This document shows, one piece after another, positions 31,580 through 40,576 of a stretch of DNA of 45,907 nt. The position numbers and the translations under genes are program-made. This DNA is from Deltaproteobacteria bacterium. GTDB taxonomy: Bacteria > Myxococcota > JACRCW01. The notes under the pieces were generated by a model. It did not search any database. It was given only the letters and a program-made list of their open reading frames with translations, and was not told the DNA's origin. Positions within the stretch are counted from its first letter, which is position 1. Every line of letters begins with the position of its first letter. The DNA lies in contig JACRCW010000166.1 of assembly GCA_016218805.1 (NCBI GenBank), forward strand, positions 1-45,907, read 5' to 3'.

Positions 31580-31690
31580 GGCCCAGATGAAGGACGAGAC
31601 CAGGTCACGCCTGACGCGTGGCCACCACAGCGCGAACGAATGGAGCAAATGCCCGGTCCTTGTTCTTGGTTGGAGCGGGAAGATCATCTC

Positions 31691-31969
31691 CCAGCGCGGC
31701 GTCACGGGCGCTCCAGCGCGTCCGCGCGGCAGCGCCAGTGCGCCCGCCATCCCATGCCGGCGCCCGCGCCACGCGCCGCCAGCGCGGGGGGGACCAGTTC
31801 CCAGCGCGCCCCAGACCCAACCCCAGCGCACCCCGGAGCTGACTCCAGCGCACCCCTCATGCTGCCCGGCAGGCGCTGGTGTGGGTTCCCGTGCGTGCTG
31901 GTGAGGAGTCGGGGGAGTGCTGGTGCGCTTCCAGGGGCCTGCTGGTGTTGGCTGCGGGGAGTGCTGGTG
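31691..31969. repeat. Head-to-head 22-bp-phased motif array (8 + 5 units, variable 15-nt spacers)
   Basis: CCRGYGC at 31691, 31713, 31735, 31757, 31779, 31801, 31823, 31845; inverted SYGCTGGTG at 31873, 31895, 31917, 31939, 31961. Confidence 0.88.
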
Positions 31970-32716
31970 GAGACGCGGCTCACGCAGGGCGTGGAGGACC
32001 CGGCGTTTGCGGCTGGCGTCAGGACCCAGGTCCGGGTGCTGCGCCGGGTGGTGGCCATGATCATTGCCATCCTTGGGACGGCGCTGGTGCTGATGCAATT
32101 CGCCGTGGTCCGCAACGTGGGCGCGTCATTGCTGGCCAGCGCCGGCGTTGCGGGGATTGTGCTGGGGCTGGCGGCGCAGCGGTCCATCTCCATGCTGCTG
32201 GCCGGAATCCAACTCTCCCTGACACAGCCCATCCGCATCGGTGACACGGTGATCATTGAGAACGAATGGGGATGGATTGAGGAGATCACGCTGACCTACG
32301 TGGTGGTGCGCGTCTGGGACCTGCGGCGGCTGGTGGTGCCCATCACGCGGTTCCTGGAGCAGCCGTTCCAGAACTGGACCAAGGTGACCCCGGAGATCAT
32401 GGGGACGGTGTCGGTTTTCGCGGATTACTGCGTGCCGGTGGACGCGGTGCGCCAGCACCTCAGCCTCGTCGTCAAGGACGACCCGCTGTGGAATGGGAAA
32501 GTGTGCGGCCTGCAGGTCACGGAGGCCACCGACCGGGTGGTGACCCTGCGCGCGCTGGTGTCATCCGCGGACGCGGGGAAGAACTGGGACCTGCGCTGCA
32601 ATGTGCGCGAAAAGCTGGTGGCCTACCTGCGGGACCTGGAAGGCGGACGGTACCTGCCGCAGCAGCGCGTACTGCTCACACAGCCCCAGCCACCAACGGA
32701 CAGGCGGTTGACCTGA
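31961..32716 (+). pseudogene. Small-conductance mechanosensitive channel (MscS family), apparently 5'-truncated
   Basis: ASAGVAGIVLGLAAQ, PIRIGD, GWIEEITLTYVVVRVWDLRRLVVP; the upstream in-frame sequence is the repeat array, not TM helices. Confidence 0.65.
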
Positions 32717-32758
32717 GGGCCGCCGGATGCGCCTGAGAACCCGCCATCACCGGCTCCC

Positions 32759-32830
32759 GGGTTGACATGACGTGAAGGCGGTGAAACCCGGGCTTTCAAG
32801 CGGTCCCTGCCGCTCGCAGCCGGGCCGCGC
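32759..32830 (+). ncRNA. Candidate cis-regulatory RNA (GGTTGA...CGGTG...GCAGCCGGGCCG; DUF1646/Na+-riboswitch-like)
   Basis: Shares CGCAGCCGGGCCG (32815-27), a preceding hairpin and an upstream TTGAC with the trkH leader; sits just before the GGAGG RBS. Confidence 0.4.
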
Positions 32831-32843
32831 ACGGAGGTCGCAG

Positions 32844-33545
32844 ATGGCGGTGGTGGTTTCGCTCCACGGAGCGGAGAAGTCGTACGGGACAACCGTCAGG
32901 ACGCGGGCGTTGCACCCCACTTCGCTGGAGTTTGAGGGCGGCAAGGTGGTGGCCATCCTCGGTCCGTCGGGGTCCGGAAAGACCACCCTGCTCAACCTGG
33001 TGGGCGGGCTGGATCGTCCTGACGGCGGGCGAGTGGTGGTGGACAACGTGGACATCAGCGGGCTGAACGACCGCGGACTCACGGAGTTCCGGCGGCGGAC
33101 GGTGGGTTTTGTGTTCCAGTTCTTCAACCTGGTTCCCAGCCTGACGGTGCGCGAGAACGTTGCCTTTGCCGCCGAGATAGCGGGTCTTTCCACCGACGTG
33201 GACGGTGTCATCCGTGACGTAGGCCTGGCGGGCTTGGAGGACCGTTTTCCCGGGGAACTGTCCGGCGGCCAGCAGCAGCGGGTGGCCATTGCCCGGGCGC
33301 TGGCCAAGAAGCCCAGGCTGGTCCTGGCCGACGAGCCGACGGGAGCGCTGGACCAGGACACGGGCAAGCAGGTTCTGGCTCTGCTGCAGGACGCGGCCCG
33401 GAACCAGGGCACCACCGTCCTGCTGGTGACGCACAACACGCCGCTGGCCGCCATGGCTGACCGGGTGACCCGGCTGAAGGACGGCGCGGTGGTGAAGGAT
33501 GAGATGAACCTGTCGCCGATGCCGATTGCCGACATCAACTGGTGA
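32844..33545 (+). CDS. ABC transporter ATP-binding protein (LolD/MacB-like)
   Basis: GPSGSGKT, GFVFQFFNL, LSGGQQQRVAIARAL, LADEPTGALD. Confidence 0.95.
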   Translation: MAVVVSLHGAEKSYGTTVRTRALHPTSLEFEGGKVVAILGPSGSGKTTLLNLVGGLDRPDGGRVVVDNVDISGLNDRGLTEFRRRTVGFVFQFFNLVPSLTVRENVAFAAEIAGLSTDVDGVIRDVGLAGLEDRFPGELSGGQQQRVAIARALAKKPRLVLADEPTGALDQDTGKQVLALLQDAARNQGTTVLLVTHNTPLAAMADRVTRLKDGAVVKDEMNLSPMPIADINW

Positions 33546-33554
33546 GGGGTGCAG

Positions 33555-36014
33555 ATGCTACGCAGGAAGGTCTTCCGCGAGGTCCTCCGCCAGGGCGGCC
33601 AGGCCATCGCGGTCGCGCTGGTGATGGGGCTGGGCGTGATGATGTTCGTCGCTTCCTACGGCGGGTACCTGGACCTGTCGGCCAGCTACGACCACAGCAT
33701 GGACCGCATGCACCTGGCGGACTGGACGCTGGCGCTGGACGACGTGACGGCGGAGGAGGTCGCGCGCGTCGCCCGGGTGGACGGCGTGGCGGCGGCGGAC
33801 GCGAGGCTGGTGGCGGATCTGCCGGTCACCCTCCCGCGCGGGCGGCTGGCTGAGGACCGCGAGGGAGAGGTGGTCCTGCAGGGGCGCATTATCTCGCTGC
33901 CGGATGCGGGCCAGCCCGTCCTGGACCAGGTGGTGCTGGTGGCCGGCGAGCTGCCGCGCACCGGCCAGGTGCTCGTCGAAAAGCGGTTCGCGCGCTTCCA
34001 CCACCTTGAGGCGGGAAGCAGCGTGGAGGTGCGTGTTGGAGAGGTGAAACGGGCGTTCACGGTGTCCGGGCTGGCCGTCAGCGCGGAATACCTGTGGGTC
34101 GCCCGCAGCCGGCAGGACATCTTCCCTCAGCCGACGGAGTTCGGCGTGATGTGGCTCCGTCGGTCGGACCTCGCGGGCGTCGCCAAGACGGTTGGCGCGG
34201 CCATGATGTTCCGCCCGCCGGCATCCGGCACGCCGGACGCGGCCGCCCAGGCCCTGCAACGGCTGGTGCTGACCGCTTCGCACGTTGACCACGGCAACGA
34301 GTTGCTGGTGGACGTTGCGGCCGGGAGGGATCCGCGCGCTGTGCTCGCCGGGGTGCGCAGCCTCCTCGGACCTGACCGCGTGAACGAGGCGGTGCCGCGG
34401 GATGAGCTGGTGGGGGTGGAGCTTCTGCGCCTGGACGTGGATGGCTTCCGCGAGATGGCGGGGTTCTTCCCGTTCTTCTTCCTCGCCGTGGGCGCGTTCA
34501 TCGTGCTCGCGTTGCTGGGGCGGATGGTGGACGCGCAACGGGCGCTCATCGGCACGTTCCGCGCGCTGGGCCTGCACACCGGTGCCATCCACCGGCACTA
34601 CCTCGGCTTCGCGCTGGTGGTGTGCGCAACGGGCGTGGTCCCCGGCGCGCTGCTTGGCATGTTTGCGTCCGTGGGGATCACGCGCGTCTACGCACAGGAA
34701 CTCGGCCTGCCGTTCGTCACCAGCCGCCTGCACCCGGAGCTGCTCCTCGGCGGCCTGGCCATGGGCATGGCGGTGGCGCTGGTGGCGGGGATGGTACCCG
34801 CCCGGCGCGCCAGCAGGCTGCTCCCCGCCGAGGCGATGCGCGCCGCGGCGCCGGCGGCTGGGCCCATGCTGCGCTGGATGAGGGCGGGCGGGGCGCTTCC
34901 CTTGTGGGCGCGGATGGCCGTGCGCAACCTGCTGCGGCGTCCGGGGCGCAGCCTGTCCACCGCGCTCGGCGTGTCATCGGCGCTGGTGCTGCTGGTCGTT
35001 TCGGGAGGTCTGGTGGAATCCGCGGTGGCCGGCGTGGATGCGCAGTTCTCTGAGGGGCTGCGTTACGACATGCGCGTGGACCTCTTCTCGGCGGCACCCG
35101 CGGACGAGCTGCGCCGTCGGGTCGCGTCGCTGGCGGACGCAGAGCGCGCGGAGGTCCTGCTGGCGCTGCCCGTGCGCCTGGCCACAGCAACGGCAACCCG
35201 GGACACCGTGCTCCAGGGCCTGGGGGACCACGCTGAGCTGCTGCGCGCGGTGGACTTCAAGGGCGCACCGGTGGCGCTGGCGCAGGATGGCCTCACGCTC
35301 AGCACGGCCCTGGCGCAGAAGCTGGGGGTGAAGGTGGGTGACGTGCTTGACGTGCGCCTGCTCCCGGACGGGCAGCACCAGCGGGTGCCCCTCACCGGGA
35401 TGAGTGACCTGGCGTTCGGCAGCAGCGTCACCATGCGGCTCGCGGATGCGCAGCGGCGCTTCAGGATGCCGGGGCTGGCCAACAGCGCGGTGGCGGTGGC
35501 GCGCGCTGGCAAACGCGTGGAACTGCGCCAGGCCATGCAGGGCCTGGATGGTGTGGCGCGCGTAGAGGATGCGGGTGGTCTCCGGGACCTGGTGAACCAG
35601 TTCATGGGCCTGACCTGGCTCATGCTGGGGATGATGCTCCTGCTCAGCGCCATCCTCGCTGCGGCGATCCTGTACAACACCGCCAGCCTCTCCATCCTGG
35701 AGCGCACGCGCGAGCTGGCCACGCTGCGCGCACTGGGGCTGGACCCCCGACGCGTTGCGCGGGCCGTGACGCTGGAGAATGCCGTGCTGGCGCTGGTGGG
35801 ACTGGTCCTGGGCTACCCGGTGGCCCATGGGATGTTCTTGCAGGCGATGGCGCTGTGGACCAGCGACATGTTTGCACTTCCGCCGGTCATCAGCGCCACG
35901 ACGCTGGGTGTGTGCGCGTGCGCCATCCTGCTGGTGTTGTTGGCTGCCCAGTGGCCTGCGCTCCGGCAGCTCTCCCGGCTCAACCTTGCCGATGCGGTCC
36001 GCGCGCGCGAATAG
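33555..36014 (+). CDS. ABC transporter permease with tandem MacB/FtsX domains
   Basis: Two repeats of TM + large periplasmic domain + IGTFRALG / ELATLRALG. Confidence 0.9.
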   Translation: MLRRKVFREVLRQGGQAIAVALVMGLGVMMFVASYGGYLDLSASYDHSMDRMHLADWTLALDDVTAEEVARVARVDGVAAADARLVADLPVTLPRGRLAEDREGEVVLQGRIISLPDAGQPVLDQVVLVAGELPRTGQVLVEKRFARFHHLEAGSSVEVRVGEVKRAFTVSGLAVSAEYLWVARSRQDIFPQPTEFGVMWLRRSDLAGVAKTVGAAMMFRPPASGTPDAAAQALQRLVLTASHVDHGNELLVDVAAGRDPRAVLAGVRSLLGPDRVNEAVPRDELVGVELLRLDVDGFREMAGFFPFFFLAVGAFIVLALLGRMVDAQRALIGTFRALGLHTGAIHRHYLGFALVVCATGVVPGALLGMFASVGITRVYAQELGLPFVTSRLHPELLLGGLAMGMAVALVAGMVPARRASRLLPAEAMRAAAPAAGPMLRWMRAGGALPLWARMAVRNLLRRPGRSLSTALGVSSALVLLVVSGGLVESAVAGVDAQFSEGLRYDMRVDLFSAAPADELRRRVASLADAERAEVLLALPVRLATATATRDTVLQGLGDHAELLRAVDFKGAPVALAQDGLTLSTALAQKLGVKVGDVLDVRLLPDGQHQRVPLTGMSDLAFGSSVTMRLADAQRRFRMPGLANSAVAVARAGKRVELRQAMQGLDGVARVEDAGGLRDLVNQFMGLTWLMLGMMLLLSAILAAAILYNTASLSILERTRELATLRALGLDPRRVARAVTLENAVLALVGLVLGYPVAHGMFLQAMALWTSDMFALPPVISATTLGVCACAILLVLLAAQWPALRQLSRLNLADAVRARE

Positions 36015-36060
36015 CGGAGCGGCGCCCCACGTGGTTGACCCGTCGAGCTGACACCCGGGA

Positions 36061-36147
36061 GCCCCCCACCCCAACCCTCCCCCCGTCGCCACTGCCGCAA
36101 TTAATTAGTCGGCAAGCGAGGGCGGGGGGAGGGCTGGGGTGGGGGGC
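36061..36147. repeat. Long C-rich/G-rich inverted repeat between convergent genes
   Basis: GCCCCCCACCCCAACCCTCCCCCCG / CGGGGGGAGGGCTGGGGTGGGGGGC (24/25), inner stem TGCCG/CGGCA, AT-rich loop AATTAATT. Confidence 0.75.
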
Positions 36148-36187
36148 AGCCGTTGAGCGTGTGAGCCCCGCCAGAAAGCACCTGGTG

Positions 36188-36295
36188 GCCGCAGTCCGCC
36201 CGTTGCGGCGGGTGCAGACCAGTGCATGCCCCGCCGCCACGACGTCCACCGTGCGCTCCGCATGGCCGCAGCTGTCCAAATCTAATCTGTTCGCA
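36188..36295 (-). repeat. MITE-like family B, partial copy 2
   Basis: Homologous to ~8324-8412; begins immediately after the rnfE TAG. Confidence 0.6.
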
Positions 36296-36922
36296 CTAGC
36301 GCGCCCGCCGCTGCGCCAGTTTCTCCTTGGCCCACGTGAGCCCCACCAGCAGCACCCCCAGCGTCAGGAATCCGCCCGGCGGGAGCTTCATGACCGCCCA
36401 CGGTTCAAAGCGGTCCCCAAAAACCTGCACCCCGCCCAGCGTGCCGGAGCCCAGCAGTCCGCGGATGCCGCCCACCAGGCTCAGCACCAGCGTGAACCCG
36501 CCCGCCATCCCCACGGCGTCCGCCACGGACAGCCACACCGTGTTGCGGCTGGCAAACGCCTCGGCGCGGCCCAGGATGATGCAGTTGACCACAATCAGCG
36601 AGATGAACGCCCCGAGCTGCCGGTGCGCCGTGGGCAACCACGCGGCGAGCATGAAATCCGCCGCCGTCACGAACGTGGCGATGATGATGATGTACGTGGC
36701 GATGCGGACCGGCCCCGGGATCACCGCGCGCAGCGCGCTGATCAGCGCGGAGGACCCCACCAGCACAAATGTGGACGCCAGGCCCATCACCACACCGTTG
36801 GCCAGTGAGTTGGTCACCGCCAGCGCCGGACACAGCCCGAGCACCAGGGTGAACACGGGGTTTTCGCGCCACAGCCCCTTGAGCAGTTCCCGCTTGAAGG
36901 CGCAGTCCGCCGTGTCGTTCAT
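36296..36922 (-). CDS. rnfE: Rnf/Rsx electron transport complex subunit E
   Basis: ENPVF..VLGLCPALAVT, VRIATYIIIIATFVT, LIVVNCIILGRAEAFA, GGIRGLLGSG, LPPGGF. Confidence 0.9.
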   Translation of the reverse strand: MNDTADCAFKRELLKGLWRENPVFTLVLGLCPALAVTNSLANGVVMGLASTFVLVGSSALISALRAVIPGPVRIATYIIIIATFVTAADFMLAAWLPTAHRQLGAFISLIVVNCIILGRAEAFASRNTVWLSVADAVGMAGGFTLVLSLVGGIRGLLGSGTLGGVQVFGDRFEPWAVMKLPPGGFLTLGVLLVGLTWAKEKLAQRRAR

Positions 36923-37680
36923 GGTCTCTCCGTGCCGGCGGCGTCCGCCGCCCGCGGGTGCGTGCTGAAGAACGTGTGAATGCCGGGCGCAACCCCGGCG
37001 CGTTGCCGGCGTGGTTCGGCCGGTGCGGAGCGCCGCTCGCGGCGCGACGCGGGCGGCGGTGCGTCCCCGACGGACAGCGGCGCCAGTTGTGCGGCCACGC
37101 GCGCCGTCAGCCCGACCGGCGTGAACAGCGCGCAGAACCATCCCCCGCGGTCACCGTTGCCCTGCTGACCCGTGCGGCCCTCCACGGCCACCCACTGCTG
37201 GCCGTCCGGGATGTCCCCCAGTTCCAGACCGCCAAACGACGTCCAGGTCCCGTTCCGGGTATCCACGTCCCGCACGCCGGCCAGCGCCACGTTCCCCCGG
37301 GGCGCATCCAGTCCGCTGTCACGCAGGTCCTGGCAGGTCACCGTCGCCGCAGGGCAGTCCTGCGTGCGTTCGCACACGGCGCGCGCCGCCGAGCGCGGGT
37401 GCACCACGGCGTAGCGGACGGACCGCAGGGGGACGCCGGCGGGCGTGACAACATCCGCCACCAGGTGGTGCGTGCCTGACGGACGGGGCGTGCACGTGCC
37501 GCCCACGCAGTACGTGGTGGCGGTCTCCGGCGCGCGCGAAGAGGTCCCCGCAACCAGCGGCCCGCAATCCGCTGCCGCGTTGCACTCCGGTGCATGGGAT
37601 GGACAGGCGGGCCCAAGCGCGACCCACGCCGCCAAGGGGAGGAGCCGGGAAGATGCGGGAGTTCCTACGCAAGGGGCCAT
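36919..37680 (-). CDS. Hypothetical Cys-rich exported protein / lipoprotein
   Basis: Signal-like segment ending LGPAC, CNAAADC..YCVGGTC; ATGA overlap with the rnfE start. Confidence 0.55.
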   Translation of the reverse strand: MAPCVGTPASSRLLPLAAWVALGPACPSHAPECNAAADCGPLVAGTSSRAPETATTYCVGGTCTPRPSGTHHLVADVVTPAGVPLRSVRYAVVHPRSAARAVCERTQDCPAATVTCQDLRDSGLDAPRGNVALAGVRDVDTRNGTWTSFGGLELGDIPDGQQWVAVEGRTGQQGNGDRGGWFCALFTPVGLTARVAAQLAPLSVGDAPPPASRRERRSAPAEPRRQRAGVAPGIHTFFSTHPRAADAAGTERP

Positions 37681-37726
37681 CAGTCCCACCGGGGCGGACG
37701 CCGCGCGTGGCGCGCGTCCTGCAGCC

Positions 37727-37781
37727 GGTTGGCGGCCCGACCAACCTGAACCTGCGTCTGCCACCCTTTGGCAGCACACCC
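37727..37781 (-). ncRNA. nhaA-I-like riboswitch candidate upstream of the lipoprotein-rnfE genes
   Basis: Minus strand GGGTGTGCTGCCAAAGGGTGGCAGACGCAGG...GGTTGG-TCGGGCCG-CCAACC. Confidence 0.75.
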
Positions 37782-37893
37782 TGTGCGGGCGCCTGTAGAC
37801 CGCCGCCGTCCCGCCGACAAGCTGCGGCCCGGGACGGACCGGAGGCACGGAGGCCAGACCGTCCGGCGCCGCGCTGTGCAGCGCGCCCGTGGT

Positions 37894-38577
37894 TCACACG
37901 GCCTCGCGCCCCAGTGCCTCCACCGCTTCGTCCGGCCCGGCCACCACCAGGACGTCCCCATCCTCAAGGCGCAACGTGGGCTCCGCGCGCACCGCCGTCT
38001 CCACCGCCTGGCCGGCGCGGTCCACCCGGCGGCGCACGGCAATCACCGTGGCGTGCGCGTGGCCGCGCTCCGCCAGCGCGCCAAGCTCTTCGCCCACAAA
38101 GTGCGCGGGAACCACCACGGACGCGAGCGAATACCCCGACGGCAGCGCCAACGCGGACTCCAATCCGGGCGCCACCAGCGTGCGGGCCACCTGCTCCGCC
38201 GCCTGCAACTCCGGGTACACCACCTGGGTGGCGCCCAGCGCCTGGAGGATGCGCCCGCGCGTGTGGGACGGCGCACGGGACACAATCCGCGGGATCCCCA
38301 TCCGCGCCAGTGCGCTGACGCCCAGCGCGGCGGCCTCAAAGTCCTCCTCGCCCAGCGCAAACACGACGCAGTCCGCCTTGTCCAGGCCCGCGCCGCGGAG
38401 CGCGGCCTCGTCAGCGCAGTCCAGCCGGACCGCGCGCGCCACCAAGTCCTTGATACCCTCCACCTTGGCCATGTCCTCGTCCGCGGCAATGACGTGCGCG
38501 CCCGCACGCGTCAGCGTCAACGCCAGGTGCCGCCCGAACTGCCCCAGGCCAATCACCCCAAACGCCTGCTTCGCCAT
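37894..38577 (-). CDS. trkA: Trk/Ktr potassium uptake RCK subunit
   Basis: VIGLGQFG Rossmann motif, LGATQVVYPE, TrkA_C-like end. Confidence 0.9.
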   Translation of the reverse strand: MAKQAFGVIGLGQFGRHLALTLTRAGAHVIAADEDMAKVEGIKDLVARAVRLDCADEAALRGAGLDKADCVVFALGEEDFEAAALGVSALARMGIPRIVSRAPSHTRGRILQALGATQVVYPELQAAEQVARTLVAPGLESALALPSGYSLASVVVPAHFVGEELGALAERGHAHATVIAVRRRVDRAGQAVETAVRAEPTLRLEDGDVLVVAGPDEAVEALGREAV

Positions 38578-38589
38578 GGCTTCTCCTCG

Positions 38590-40377
38590 TCAACCCACCT
38601 GGACACGCCCTTCGGGATACTCCACGGGCGCCGCGCGCCGGGTCCCGCCCAGTGCCAGCGCCAGGGTGAACGGCCCCAGCCGGCCCATGAACATCATGGC
38701 CACCAGCACCGTCTGCCCGCCGTCAGACAACGTGGGCGTCAGGTTCAGGGTGTACCCCACGGTGGCAAACGCGCTCACCGCCTCAAACGCCAGCGCCAGG
38801 AACGGCACCGCGGGCTCCGCCAGCATCAGCAGCACCGTCAGGGCCCAAAGCAAACCCAATGACAGCGTGACCACCGTGATGGCGCGGTGGACCTGCCCGG
38901 TGGGGATGGTGCGGCCAAACACCTCCGCGCGCGGGCGGCCACGGATGGCCGCGCGCACCGCCAGCAGGATCACCGCCAGCGACGTTGTCTTCACCCCGCC
39001 GGCCATGCCCCCCGGCGAGCCGCCCACCAGCATCAGGAACAGGCACACCAGCAGCGCCGGCGGCCCCAGCGTGGCGAGATCAACCGTGGCGAACCCCGCG
39101 GTCCGCAGCGACACGGACTGGAACAGCCCAATGAGCAGGACCTCGTCCCAGCGGCGGTCCCGCCATCCGTGCCCGCCCTCCAGCACGCACAGCGCCGCCG
39201 CCCCCACCAGCACCAGCGCGGTGGAGGTGGTGAGCACCAGCCGCGTGTGGACGGACAGGAAATCCCAGGCGTGCCGCGGCCCGTGGCGCCACGGGGCCCG
39301 GACCAGATCCATGAATACGGATGCGCCCAGGCCGCCCAGGAAGATGAGCGCCATGGTGACCCCGTTGACCAACCACGACGACGAGAACCGGACGAACCCG
39401 TCCGCGTACAGCGCAAATCCCGCGTTGCAGTACGCGCTGACGGAGTGGAACACCGCGTAGAACACCCGGTCCGGCCCAAGCAGCGGGGCACCGGATGGGT
39501 CCACCGTCATGGCGGGGAACAGGCCCACCGCACCCAGCCCCTCGCACAACACCGTGGATGCCACAATGGTGACCAGCAGCCCGCGCAGTTCACCCGCGTT
39601 GCGTGCCTCCAGCATCTCCTGCACCGCCACGCCGGCCCGGCCCGCCAGGCGCTCCCGCATCATCACCGCCACGCCACTGGTCAGCGTGATGATGCCCAGC
39701 CCGCCCACCTGGATGAGGATCAGGATCACCCACTGGCCAAACCGCGAGTAGTACGTCCCGGGATCCACCACGGTCAGGCCGGTGACGCACACGGCCGACG
39801 TGGCGGTGAACAGCGCCACCAGCGGGAATTTCACCACGTGCTCCGCGGTGGCACTGGGCGTGAGCAGCAGCACCGTCCCCGCAAAGATGGTCCCCAGGAA
39901 GGAGACGACGAGCGCGGACGCCGGCCGTGCCATCAACCAGTGGAGCACGCGCGCGCCGCCGCTGCGGTGCGTCACCTGCAGCGTACTCACCATCACGGTC
40001 CGCAGGATGACCACCAGCCCCGCCGCGCGCAGACTGGCCACCGCCAGCAGCAGCAGCGACGCCATGAAGAACAGCAGGTCCACGCCGCCGCGGCCCCGCA
40101 GCGTGCGCGCGGGCGAGACCAGCGTGGCCCACGTGGACAGCGACGCGACGCTCATCAACCCCAGGTGCAGCGCGTCATACGCGAGACTGATGTGCACGGA
40201 TTCCGTGCCGCCCCGCCAGCCGAACTCGATCACCGCCAGCAGCGCCACGTACAGCCACGTGGCGCGGCCTGGGCGGTCCGCCTCGTCAAGCGCCCGGCGG
40301 CCCAACCCGGACACCTGGCGTAACAGGCGCCGCAGCGGGCCGGCCGTTTCGACTTGGGGTTCCTGCGGGGAGGCCAT
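38590..40377 (-). CDS. trkH: Trk/Ktr potassium uptake membrane subunit with N-terminal TM extension
   Basis: FTATSAVCVTGL, LIQVGGLG, SAYCNAGF, RTAGF, GGVKTT, FEAVSAFATVG, MFMGRLG; start chosen at ATG 40377 (GGAG RBS). Confidence 0.9.
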   Translation of the reverse strand: MASPQEPQVETAGPLRRLLRQVSGLGRRALDEADRPGRATWLYVALLAVIEFGWRGGTESVHISLAYDALHLGLMSVASLSTWATLVSPARTLRGRGGVDLLFFMASLLLLAVASLRAAGLVVILRTVMVSTLQVTHRSGGARVLHWLMARPASALVVSFLGTIFAGTVLLLTPSATAEHVVKFPLVALFTATSAVCVTGLTVVDPGTYYSRFGQWVILILIQVGGLGIITLTSGVAVMMRERLAGRAGVAVQEMLEARNAGELRGLLVTIVASTVLCEGLGAVGLFPAMTVDPSGAPLLGPDRVFYAVFHSVSAYCNAGFALYADGFVRFSSSWLVNGVTMALIFLGGLGASVFMDLVRAPWRHGPRHAWDFLSVHTRLVLTTSTALVLVGAAALCVLEGGHGWRDRRWDEVLLIGLFQSVSLRTAGFATVDLATLGPPALLVCLFLMLVGGSPGGMAGGVKTTSLAVILLAVRAAIRGRPRAEVFGRTIPTGQVHRAITVVTLSLGLLWALTVLLMLAEPAVPFLALAFEAVSAFATVGYTLNLTPTLSDGGQTVLVAMMFMGRLGPFTLALALGGTRRAAPVEYPEGRVQVG

Positions 40378-40395
40378 GAACGCTCCGGCGCGGTC

Positions 40396-40468
40396 CGGCC
40401 CGGCTGCGGGCAGGAGCCAGCGCGCTGCCCGGCGAATGGCCGACCGGACGCCCACCGGTCAACACCGC
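40396..40468 (-). ncRNA. Candidate cis-regulatory RNA upstream of trkH (related to 32759-32830)
   Basis: Minus strand TTGAC...hairpin GGGCAG/CTGCCC-GCAGCCGGGCCG, then the RBS. Confidence 0.35.
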
Positions 40469-40576
40469 CTGGGTGCGCTGCACCGGGCAGGCGCGGATGC
40501 GTTCCGGGCGGAATGGAAACGCGGGACTACCGGGCGCACGGCGTTTCCCCTCGCGCCCGGCAGCTCCCGTTCCAGG

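Noticed and set aside
31640..31960. N-terminal extension of the mscS ORF
   Set aside because: It is the translated repeat array, with no TM character.
31691..31969. CRISPR array interpretation
   Set aside because: The repeat is only 7-9 nt, spacers are 15 nt, orientation flips midway, and no cas genes are present; kept as an unexplained array.
40471..40510. GGGTG...CAGG on the plus strand near trkH
   Set aside because: Wrong strand for trkH and lacks the TCGGGCCG hairpin.
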